This document shows, piece after piece, positions 34,347-42,618 of a stretch of 64,000 nucleotides of DNA. Origin of the DNA: an uncultured Alphaproteobacteria bacterium. Its GTDB lineage: Bacteria; Pseudomonadota; Alphaproteobacteria; Kiloniellales; DSM-21159. Within the stretch, counting starts at the first letter, position 1. Every line of letters begins with the position of its first letter. The notes under the pieces were generated by a model that saw only the letters and a program-made list of their open reading frames with translations, searched no databases and had not been told where the DNA came from. The stretch lies in the NCBI GenBank assembly GCA_942491105.1, contig CALNZX010000005.1, forward strand, positions 70,419 through 134,418, given 5' to 3'. The translations under genes and the position numbers were made by a program.

Positions 34347-36607
34347 TGGCCGGCTCCGCGACACCCCGGCGCAGCGAGGAGCTTGGCTCCGGCACCGCCT
34401 CATCAGGTGAGGCGGAGCGGGGCTGCGTTGCGCGCGCGCTGATGGCGGCGGCGCGCGAGGAGGGGCGCAAGGCACTCGACGAACAGCAAGGCAAGGCGGT
34501 GCTGGCGGACTTCGGAATCTCCGTGCCGCGATCCATTACCGCCAAGACGCCGGCAGAGGCGGCGGAGCTCTGCGGCGCCCTGCAAGCGCCGCTGGCGGTG
34601 AAAATCCTCGCCTCGCAGGCATTGCACAAGAGCGATCTCGGCGGCCTTCGCCTGGGTCTGAACAATGCCTCGGAGGTCGGCGCCGCGGCGCGCGCTATCC
34701 TCGATGGCTGGTCTCTCGACCCGGCCCTGATCGAGGGCTTCCTGGTCGAGGAGATGGCGCCGGCTGGACAGGAAGTGGTGATCGGCGGATTCCACGATCC
34801 ACAGTTCGGCCCGATGATCATGCTCGGCCTCGGCGGTGTCTTCGTCGAGATCTTCGCTGACGTCACTTTCCGGGTTTGTCCCATCGAGCGCGCCGACGCC
34901 GAGGCGATGCTTGGCGAGCTACGGGCGCGCGCCTTGCTCGAGGGCGCGCGCGGCGGCCGCGCGGTCGATCGCGAGGCCTTGATTGACGCCCTGCTCAAGG
35001 TGGGCGGCCGCGAGGGCCTCCTGATGCAATTCGAGGGACAGATCGCCGAGCTCGACATCAATCCCTTGATCGCCAGCCCCGAAGGCGCGGTCGCCGTCGA
35101 TGCGCGCTTCGTGCTGAGCGGGGATGCGGAGGCGGGGAAGCGCGCGTTGCAGCCCGCTCCCGAGAGCTTCGCGCCGCTGTTCGAACCGAAGACCATTGCC
35201 GTCGCCGGCGTCTCGGCTTCCGGCAAGGGACCCGGCAATCGCTTTATCAAGAACCTGCGCTCCCTGGGTTTCGACGGCGCGATCTATCCGATCCATCCGA
35301 GCGCCAAGGAGCTCGAAGGCCTCACGGCCTATGCCAGCCTGGGCGACACCCCAAAACCGGTCGACTATGCCTACATCGCCGTACCGCGGGCCGGTGTCTC
35401 CGAGCTGCTCGAATCGGCGGCGGGCCGTGTGAGCTTCGCGCAGATCATGACCAGCGGCTTCGGCGAGAGCGGCGCGGGGGCGACCAGCCAGGACGCCTTG
35501 GTCGCCGCGGCCCGGCGCGGTGGCGTGAGAATTCTCGGCCCCAACTCGCTGGGTACCTACTCGCCGCGCGGGCATATGACCTTCGCCGAGACGCGCCGCA
35601 GCGAAGCCGTGCCGGGCAGTGTCGGAATTATCTCGCAGAGCGGCGGTATCGGAGTCGATTTCGTTCGCACGGGGCAGGCGCGCGGTCTGCGTTACTCGGG
35701 CGTGGTCACCATCGGCAACAGCGCCGACCTCGGCCCGAACGATCTTCTGGAGCATTTCCTGGCCGACCCGCAGACCGCGGTGATCGGCATGTATCTCGAG
35801 GATATCGGAGACGGCCGGCGGTTTTTCCAACTGCTGAAGGAGGCGCGGGGCCGCAAGCCGGTGATCTTGCTGAAAGGCGGGCGCAGCCAGCAGGGGCAGA
35901 AGGCGGTGATCTCCCACACCGGCGCGCTGGCTGGAGATACCCGGTCCTGGCTGGCGGTCGCTACCCAGACCGGCTGTACTCTGGTCGATAGCATCGAGGA
36001 ACTGATCGACGTTCTGCTGCTGTTTCAGACGCTCACGCCGTCGTGCGAGCGGGTCAGCCATCGCCTCGCGCTATTTGGCAATGGCGGCGGCGCCAGCGTG
36101 GTGGCGACCGACTGCTTCGTGCAGCACGGCTTCGATCTCGCGGAGGTCAGCGCGGATACCCGGGCCAAGCTCGCGCGCCTGGAGCTGCCGGACGGGGCCA
36201 GCGCCGGCAATCCCATCGATTTCCCGGCCAATGCCTTCAACCGCAGTGACGGGCGGATCGCCGAAGGCATTCTGGATGCCCTCGGCGGCGATAGCGGAAC
36301 CGATGTCATCCTGGTGCATCTCAATATGCCGGTGCTGCTGAGTTACCGCGAAAGCCGCATCGTCCCCAACATCGTCGATTGCGTTGTCGCCCAGCGCGAA
36401 GCAGCCGCGCCGGGGGCGCCGCACATCGCGATGGTGCTGCGCTCCGACGGTACCGAGGAGGTCGACGGCGTGCGCCGTGAACAGCGCCAGCGCGCGGTGG
36501 CCGCCGGGATTCCGGTCTTTGAAAACTTCGCCATCGCGGCACGGGCGCTCGAAGCGCTGGCGAACTTCGAGCGGTTCCTTGCGCTTCGCGGCGGCGGGAT
36601 GCCATGA
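34346..36607 (+). CDS. ADP-forming (NDP-forming) acyl-CoA synthetase, fused beta-alpha order (ATP-grasp N-terminal, CoA-binding/ligase-CoA C-terminal)
   Basis: 753 aa. The start overlaps the carrier stop (TAATG). An ATP-grasp-like N-terminal half (KAVLADFGISVP...INPLIA) is followed by the CoA-binding segment KTIAVAGVSASGKGPG and the phosphohistidine-type motif VISHTGALAG. Confidence 0.8.
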   Translation: MAGSATPRRSEELGSGTASSGEAERGCVARALMAAAREEGRKALDEQQGKAVLADFGISVPRSITAKTPAEAAELCGALQAPLAVKILASQALHKSDLGGLRLGLNNASEVGAAARAILDGWSLDPALIEGFLVEEMAPAGQEVVIGGFHDPQFGPMIMLGLGGVFVEIFADVTFRVCPIERADAEAMLGELRARALLEGARGGRAVDREALIDALLKVGGREGLLMQFEGQIAELDINPLIASPEGAVAVDARFVLSGDAEAGKRALQPAPESFAPLFEPKTIAVAGVSASGKGPGNRFIKNLRSLGFDGAIYPIHPSAKELEGLTAYASLGDTPKPVDYAYIAVPRAGVSELLESAAGRVSFAQIMTSGFGESGAGATSQDALVAAARRGGVRILGPNSLGTYSPRGHMTFAETRRSEAVPGSVGIISQSGGIGVDFVRTGQARGLRYSGVVTIGNSADLGPNDLLEHFLADPQTAVIGMYLEDIGDGRRFFQLLKEARGRKPVILLKGGRSQQGQKAVISHTGALAGDTRSWLAVATQTGCTLVDSIEELIDVLLLFQTLTPSCERVSHRLALFGNGGGASVVATDCFVQHGFDLAEVSADTRAKLARLELPDGASAGNPIDFPANAFNRSDGRIAEGILDALGGDSGTDVILVHLNMPVLLSYRESRIVPNIVDCVVAQREAAAPGAPHIAMVLRSDGTEEVDGVRREQRQRAVAAGIPVFENFAIAARALEALANFERFLALRGGGMP

Positions 36608-37665
36608 CGGCGCGGCAGGGCACGGCTTTGATCTTGGGCGCGGGCGGTGTCGTCGGCCGCGCGGCGCTCGACCATTTTGCCGCACAGAGCGACTGGTCGA
36701 CCATCGCGGCTTCGCGGCGCCCGCCGAACGACTTGGACGAAGGCTTGCGGCGCCTGCCGATCGATCTGCTCGACGCGGCGGATTGCCGCGCCAAGCTCGC
36801 GGACAACTCCGATATCACCCATGTCTTCTATGCCGCCTATCTCAAGGCGCCGAGTCCGGGCGAAGAGGTTACGACCAATCTGCGCATGCTGGTGAACCTG
36901 GTCGATGCCCTGGAGGTGGAAACCCCCGGTCTCCGTCACATCAACCTGGTGCATGGGCAAAAGTGGTACGGCAACCACCTGGGTCCCTACCGCACGCCGG
37001 CCAAGGAAGACGACCCCCGGCACATGCCGCCGAACTTCTATTACGACCAGCAGGATTTCATCGCCGACCGGCAGCGCGGCAAGAATTGGACCTGGTCGGC
37101 GGTGCGCGTGCAAGCGCCGCTCGGGTTTTCCCTCGGCAGCCCGATGAACCAGGTTTTGATCGTCGGGCTGTATGGCTCGATCTGCCGCGCCCTGGGCGTG
37201 CCGCTCCACTTCCCCGGCCCGCAAGGCTGCTTCGACGCGCTCTATCAGGTGACCGATGTCGGCCTGCTCGGCCGGGCGATGCAGTGGATGGCGACTCAAC
37301 CGAACTGCGCCAACCAGGCCTTCAATGTCACCAACGGGGATCTGTTTCGCTGGCGCAACCTCTGGCCGCGTCTGGCGTCGTTTTTCGGTGTCGAGGCCGG
37401 CGAGGTCCGGCAGCGGTCGCTGGCGGCGATGATGGCCGACAAGGGCCCGCTCTGGGACCGGATCGTTGCCGAGCATGGCCTGGAAAACTACGCCATGGAC
37501 AGCCTCGTCGATTGGTCCTGGGGCGACTTCGTTTTTGGAAGCGCGTTCGACAACGTTTCTTCGACAGTAAAAATAAGAAAAACGGGGTTCAATGACTGCG
37601 AAGATAGCGAGGAAGTTTATCTAAATGCTTTGGATAATCTTAGGCAGAGGAGAATCATTCCATAA
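36604..37665 (+). CDS. Atypical extended SDR, progesterone-5-beta-reductase/iridoid-synthase-like (enone 1,4-reductase-like)
   Basis: 353 aa with an ATGA overlap with the upstream gene. It has the Gly-rich ALILGAGGVVG, the MPPNFYYDQQDF motif and a C-terminal ...LRQRRIIP tail resembling P5betaR-family proteins. Confidence 0.75.
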   Translation: MTARQGTALILGAGGVVGRAALDHFAAQSDWSTIAASRRPPNDLDEGLRRLPIDLLDAADCRAKLADNSDITHVFYAAYLKAPSPGEEVTTNLRMLVNLVDALEVETPGLRHINLVHGQKWYGNHLGPYRTPAKEDDPRHMPPNFYYDQQDFIADRQRGKNWTWSAVRVQAPLGFSLGSPMNQVLIVGLYGSICRALGVPLHFPGPQGCFDALYQVTDVGLLGRAMQWMATQPNCANQAFNVTNGDLFRWRNLWPRLASFFGVEAGEVRQRSLAAMMADKGPLWDRIVAEHGLENYAMDSLVDWSWGDFVFGSAFDNVSSTVKIRKTGFNDCEDSEEVYLNALDNLRQRRIIP

Positions 37666-37855
37666 CTACCATATTAATTACTTGAGAAAATGCAAGTATT
37701 TCTAGTTAGGAAATTTTCGGGGCTCGCGGGCCGGACTTGCCCGGGGGCCATGTGTGAGGTGAGGCGAGAAATCTTGAGCGCTCACCAGTGTCGTCGGCAG
37801 CCGCCGTCGGCAGTATCAAGCCGGGCGTAGAAGCGCTCGGCGAAGGGAGGAGACT

Positions 37856-39082
37856 ATGAACTATCAAGTCAAGGGAGTGTCCCGTAGGGACCTCATGAGC
37901 ATCTTCGGCCGTTTCGGCGTGGCGTCCACCATGCTGGCCGCGGCCGGGATGACCGGTGCGGTGTCCGCGCCGCGTCTGGCACAGGCTGCCGAGGACACCC
38001 AGAAGAAGCGTTACGCTTCCGAACCCAAGTACACCTTTCGTTATGGCGGGGCCGGGTACAACGCGGAGCGTTTGCGCTTCGTGCACGTCGGTTGTCTCGA
38101 CTTCATTCGCGATCTCGAGGAGCGGACCAACGGTGCGATCCGCGTCGAGTTCATCGGCGAGAATCAGATCTGCAACGAGCTCGACTGCGTGAAGAAAACC
38201 CAGCAGGGCATCATCGATATCTTCACCTCGTCGACGCAGAACGCGGCCGGCGCGGCGCCCTACTACAACGTGCTCGACTTCGCCTATATGTTCCCGACCC
38301 GGGCGTCCTTCTATCACTTCATCTACCACCCCAAGAGCGAGACGCTGTTCCGCGAACCGCTCCGCAAGCTTCATCGCGTCCAGTTCCTGTTCACAATGTT
38401 CGAGCAGCGCGGCCTGATGATGGGCCTGAAGTACAAGGACCGTCCCACGATCTCGACTCTGGAGGAGCTGCAGGGCGGCAAGAACCGGGTCACCGGCTCG
38501 CAGCCCGGCCGGATCGCGATGGAACTGATGGGGCTCAACCCCGTTCCCGTGGCCTGGGAAGAGACGCTGGACGGCCTCAAACAGGGCCTCATCGACGGCG
38601 CGGAAACCTGGATGTCGGCGGTCGCGGCGTTTAACATGACGCCGGTCGTCTCGCAGGCGGTCGATCTCAAGTTCTTCGCCGGCCTGGAGCATGCCGCGAT
38701 GAACCTGGATGTCTTCGAGGAGCTTGAGCCGGAGTACCAGGACGCCATCATGGAGTCGTCCTATCTGACCCAGGCCCGCATTCAGGGCACCCACGAGGCC
38801 GCTTTGGTCAACCTGGTCGGCGCCACCAACCCGCCGATTCCCGGGACCGTGTTCGACGAATTCGGGGTGCGTGTCGCCACGCTGCCCGATGCGGAGCTTG
38901 AGAAGGCGGAGAGGCTTTGTGCGCCGAACTACGTTCCCGAGCCTTGGGAGCAGTGGCGCGAGCGGCTGAACGAGTGGTCGGGCGGACACGACGTCTATAC
39001 GGAGATTCACAGCATCGCGCGTGAAATTCCGAAAGACACCCTGGCGCAGAACGTCGACCCGCGCCGCTGGTGGATGTCCTGA
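37856..39082 (+). CDS. dctP: TRAP transporter substrate-binding protein (DctP family)
   Basis: 408 aa with a twin-arginine-like leader VSRRDLMSIFGRFGVASTMLAAAGMTGAVSAPRLAQA and a GGGAGGAG RBS. DctQ and DctM genes follow. Confidence 0.85.
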   Translation: MNYQVKGVSRRDLMSIFGRFGVASTMLAAAGMTGAVSAPRLAQAAEDTQKKRYASEPKYTFRYGGAGYNAERLRFVHVGCLDFIRDLEERTNGAIRVEFIGENQICNELDCVKKTQQGIIDIFTSSTQNAAGAAPYYNVLDFAYMFPTRASFYHFIYHPKSETLFREPLRKLHRVQFLFTMFEQRGLMMGLKYKDRPTISTLEELQGGKNRVTGSQPGRIAMELMGLNPVPVAWEETLDGLKQGLIDGAETWMSAVAAFNMTPVVSQAVDLKFFAGLEHAAMNLDVFEELEPEYQDAIMESSYLTQARIQGTHEAALVNLVGATNPPIPGTVFDEFGVRVATLPDAELEKAERLCAPNYVPEPWEQWRERLNEWSGGHDVYTEIHSIAREIPKDTLAQNVDPRRWWMS

Positions 39083-39101
39083 TCGTTTGACGTGTTATGG
39101 G

Positions 39102-39123
39102 GGGCGGCGCAATCGCGCCGCCC
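39102..39123 (+). terminator. Intercistronic GC hairpin between dctP and dctQ (attenuator or mRNA stabiliser candidate)
   Basis: GGGCGGCGC-aatc-GCGCCGCCC forms a 9-bp perfect stem. There is no U-tract. Confidence 0.45.
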
Positions 39124-39191
39124 TCCGTTATTAAAATGACCTGGCAGGGGGCAACGCTCCGCTGGGCGGCAGGGAACTGGGAGTTCCGGAC

Positions 39192-39713
39192 ATGAAGAAG
39201 GCTTTGCTTTGGCTCGACGACAACATCGAGCCCGTTCTCATGAATATCGCCTATGTCGTCATGGCGGGGCTCGTGTTCGAGCAGGTGGTGCTGAGGTTCA
39301 TCTTCAAGACCCAGGTCGCCTGGAGCTCGGGGGTGGCGGTCTACATGTTCATCTGGGTCACCTGGATGGGCGCCTCCTATAATGTGCGCAAGCGCGCGCA
39401 TCTCACCTTCGGCGAGATCCGCACGCAGCTTCCCTATGCCATGCAGTTCGTCTGCCTGATCGTCGATGCCGTGCTCTGGGTTTCGCTCGCGGTGGTCGTG
39501 ATCTATTTCGCCTTCGAGCAAATCGAGCTGTTGCAGATGAATTTCGCTTTCGTGCCGGGGACCAGCGACCTGATGCAGTGGTGGTTCTATCTCATCATGC
39601 CCTTCGGCTGGGGGATGATCGTTCTGCGCGCGGTGCAAAATCTTTGGGATGATGTCCGCGCCTTCCGCCGCCGAGAGCCCTTCCAGCTCGGCGCGCCGTC
39701 GATGGCCGAATAG
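39192..39713 (+). CDS. dctQ: TRAP transporter small permease (DctQ)
   Basis: 173 aa with 4 predicted TM segments, positioned between dctP and dctM. Confidence 0.85.
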   Translation: MKKALLWLDDNIEPVLMNIAYVVMAGLVFEQVVLRFIFKTQVAWSSGVAVYMFIWVTWMGASYNVRKRAHLTFGEIRTQLPYAMQFVCLIVDAVLWVSLAVVVIYFAFEQIELLQMNFAFVPGTSDLMQWWFYLIMPFGWGMIVLRAVQNLWDDVRAFRRREPFQLGAPSMAE

Positions 39714-39725
39714 GAGAACGCGAAC

Positions 39726-41009
39726 ATGGAAGGCGAACTCATCATTCTCGTTTCGGCCTCCGCCCTGGTGCTCTTCGCCCTGGGCATGCCGATTTTCCTG
39801 ATCGTCGGTCACTGGGTGCTGTGGACCAGCGTCATCACCGACTTCACCCTGGCCAACCTCAGCCTCACCCTGTTCGAGGGGATCAACTTTTTCGGCCTCC
39901 TGGCGCTGCCGCTGTTCATCCTGACCGGCGACATCATCAATGCCGGGGGCATCGCCAAGCGCCTGACGGACTTCGCCTATGCGATGTTCGGCTGGGTTCG
40001 CGGCGGCCTGGGCCTGGCCGCGCTCGGCGCCTGCGGGATGTTCGCGGCGATTTCCGGGTCGAACGCGGCGACCACCGCGACCATCGGATCGATCATGCAC
40101 AAGGAGCTGAAGGAGGGTCTCTACGACGACCGCTTCTCGGCAGCCACGCTGGCCTCGGGCGGCGTGGTCGGCATCATCATTCCGCCCTCGATCATCTTCG
40201 TGATTTACGGCTTTCTGCTGAATCTGCCGATCGGCGATCTCTTCATGGCGGGTCTACTTCCGGGGGCCTTGATGGTCGTGGGCATGCAGGCCGTCTGCCT
40301 GCTGATGTCCTGGCGCTTCGGCTGGGGCAAGCTGATTCCGCTGCAGCTCGGCAATTGCGTGCGGTCCGGCGCGCGCGCCTACCTGGGTTTCGCCGCGATC
40401 GCCATCGTCCTGCTCGGTATCTACGGCGGCATCTTCTCGCCGACCGAAGCCGCGGCGATGACCGTGGTCTTCGGCATCCTTGCCGGAACCCTGATCACGC
40501 GCGAGATCAAGCTGCGGGCGATACCCGGGATCCTGCTGCACTCCGGCCAGATCGCCGGCATGCTGGTGCCCCTGGTCGCGGTTTCCATCGTCATGCAGCA
40601 GATACTGTCGATCATCGGCGCCCAGGCCTTCGTCACCGGGCTGTTCGATGGCATCGGCGGCTACTATGCGACGCTGATCGTCTGCATGGCGATGATCCTG
40701 ATCGCCGGCGCCTTCCTGGAAAGCGTTCCCGTGGTCATCATTCTCGCGCCGATCCTGGCACCGATCGCCTATGGCATCGGCGTCGATCCGGTCCACTTCG
40801 CCATCGTCTTCGTGGCCGGGACCGCGATCGGTTTCATCACGCCGCCCTTCGGTCTCAATCTCTTCGTTGCGAGCAGTATCACGGGGCTGCCGTTCCTCAG
40901 GATCGTGCCCTACGTGGTGCCCTACTTCATCGTCTTGATCCTGGCGTGGTTCGCCATCATCAGCTTCCCCGCCCTGTCAACCTATCTGCCGTCGATCAGC
41001 GGCCTCTAG
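39726..41009 (+). CDS. dctM: TRAP transporter large permease (DctM)
   Basis: 427-aa polytopic protein with typical DctM sequence: LALPLFILTGDIINAGGIAKRL and FITPPFGLNLFVA. Confidence 0.9.
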   Translation: MEGELIILVSASALVLFALGMPIFLIVGHWVLWTSVITDFTLANLSLTLFEGINFFGLLALPLFILTGDIINAGGIAKRLTDFAYAMFGWVRGGLGLAALGACGMFAAISGSNAATTATIGSIMHKELKEGLYDDRFSAATLASGGVVGIIIPPSIIFVIYGFLLNLPIGDLFMAGLLPGALMVVGMQAVCLLMSWRFGWGKLIPLQLGNCVRSGARAYLGFAAIAIVLLGIYGGIFSPTEAAAMTVVFGILAGTLITREIKLRAIPGILLHSGQIAGMLVPLVAVSIVMQQILSIIGAQAFVTGLFDGIGGYYATLIVCMAMILIAGAFLESVPVVIILAPILAPIAYGIGVDPVHFAIVFVAGTAIGFITPPFGLNLFVASSITGLPFLRIVPYVVPYFIVLILAWFAIISFPALSTYLPSISGL

Positions 41010-41041
41010 GCCGCCGCCGCCGGAGGGGCGGACATCACGAA

Positions 41042-41071
41042 CGCAGGGCCTCCGCATGCGGGGGCCCTGCG
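41042..41071 (+). terminator. Long GC hairpin after dctM
   Basis: CGCAGGGCC-t-CCGC-at-GCGG-g-GGCCCTGCG. The outer 9-bp and inner 4-bp arms are complementary. It is followed by CAAAATT, so the U-tract is weak. Confidence 0.5.
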
Positions 41072-41129
41072 CAAAATTGGAGACTGTGTTATCGCGATTC
41101 CTGATCTGAAATCGGCGTTTCTCGGCGAG

Positions 41130-41555
41130 TTGAGGCTCGAGTTCGCGCGCTCGCATGTCGTCGGCGAAACGCCGCTGGGCACGCGCCGGGTGGACTGCTT
41201 CGACAGCGGCCATTTTCGCGGACCGCGAGTCGACGCGCGGGTCCTTCCCGGTACCAGCGACTGGATCCTCGGCGGCCGCGATGGCGTGTTCCGGCCCGAC
41301 GTGCGAGTCTGCCTGGAAACCCAGGACAGCGCGCAGATTCTGATGTCCTACCGGGGGGTGCGTCACGGCTCCCCCGAGGCGATGGAGCGCTTCGCCAAGG
41401 CGCTGCCGGTCGAACCGGGCAGCTACTATCTGCGCAACCTGATCGTCTTCGAAACGGCCGCGGAACCCTATCTCTGGCTGAACAAGCTGGTGGCTGTCGG
41501 CCTCGGCAGGCGGGAACCCCAAGCGACGAGCTACGATGTCTTTGAAATCCTGTAG
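41130..41555 (+). CDS. DUF3237 (UPF0311) family protein
   Basis: 141 aa from a TTG start. GETPLGTRRVDCFDSGHFRGPRVDARVLPGTSDWIL is typical of DUF3237. The family-like sequence appears to continue upstream of the TTG, so the start is uncertain. Confidence 0.7.
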   Translation: MRLEFARSHVVGETPLGTRRVDCFDSGHFRGPRVDARVLPGTSDWILGGRDGVFRPDVRVCLETQDSAQILMSYRGVRHGSPEAMERFAKALPVEPGSYYLRNLIVFETAAEPYLWLNKLVAVGLGRREPQATSYDVFEIL

Positions 41556-42573
41556 CGGGGAGGAAAGACCGAGCCGGCCCAGCATCGCCCAGGGCGTTTT
41601 CCGCGCCGCAAGCGACGCTTTCCCGGGTCTGGCCGTCGCCGCTATCGTCGGCTTGGCCGCGGCCTTTATCACCGATCACTACGGCGGCCCGATCATGCTG
41701 TTCGTGCTGCTGCTCGGTATGACGCTCAACCCCATAGCCGACAATCCGCGGATCGCGCCGGGCATAGATCTCGCGACCAAGCGGGTCCTGCGCCTCGGCG
41801 TGGCGCTGCTCGGCGCGCGCATCACCCTGGACCAAATCCTCTCCCTGGGCATCGCGCCGATCGCCGTGGTGGCGACCGGTGTGATCGCGACGATCCTGTT
41901 CGGCGTGGCGCTCAGCCGCGCGCTCGGGCTCGGCAGCCGTTTCGGCGTGCTGACCGGTTGCTCCGTGGCGATCTGCGGCGCCTCGGCGGCGATGGCGATT
42001 TCCTCCGTCCTGCCCAAGGGCAAGAACGATGAGCGCGATACCATCTTCACCGTGATCGGCGTCACCACGCTGAGCACCATGGCCATGATCCTCTATCCCT
42101 TGGTCACCGCCTTCCTGGGATACGGCGACGGCAAGGCGGGGATTTTCCTCGGAGGCACCATCCACGATGTCGCGCAGGTCGTCGGTGCCGGGTATAGTGT
42201 TTCGGAGACCGCGGGCGACGCGGCGACCTACACAAAACTGCTGCGGGTTGCGCTGTTGCTGCCTGTCGCGCTGGTCGTTGCCCTGGCTTTTAACCACGGA
42301 GGAGAAGGCGGAGGGAAAGCGCGTCCGCCGCTGTTTCTAATCGCCTTTTTCGCGCTCATCGGCCTCAACAGCGCCGGCCTGATCGACGCGCGGATGGCTG
42401 ACTTCATTCAGACCGCCTCCAAGCTCTGCCTGGTGGCGGCCATCGCCGCCCTTGGCATCAAGACCTCGCTGACGGGCCTGTTGCGCGTCGGCGGACCGGC
42501 GATTGTGCTTATCGTCATGGAGACCCTGATGCTGGCGGGTCTCGTCATAGGTTTGCTCGCGCTGCTTGGTTAA
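41536..42573 (+). CDS. YeiH/UPF0324 family putative sulfate/anion exporter membrane protein
   Basis: 345-aa polytopic protein with the GGTIHDVAQVVGAGY segment typical of the YeiH family. It overlaps the DUF3237 gene by 20 nt. Confidence 0.75.
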   Translation: MSLKSCSGEERPSRPSIAQGVFRAASDAFPGLAVAAIVGLAAAFITDHYGGPIMLFVLLLGMTLNPIADNPRIAPGIDLATKRVLRLGVALLGARITLDQILSLGIAPIAVVATGVIATILFGVALSRALGLGSRFGVLTGCSVAICGASAAMAISSVLPKGKNDERDTIFTVIGVTTLSTMAMILYPLVTAFLGYGDGKAGIFLGGTIHDVAQVVGAGYSVSETAGDAATYTKLLRVALLLPVALVVALAFNHGGEGGGKARPPLFLIAFFALIGLNSAGLIDARMADFIQTASKLCLVAAIAALGIKTSLTGLLRVGGPAIVLIVMETLMLAGLVIGLLALLG

Positions 42574-42618
42574 GGCGCGGGACCGCGCGCTTCGGACGTC
42601 GAACTGGGGGACCATTCT

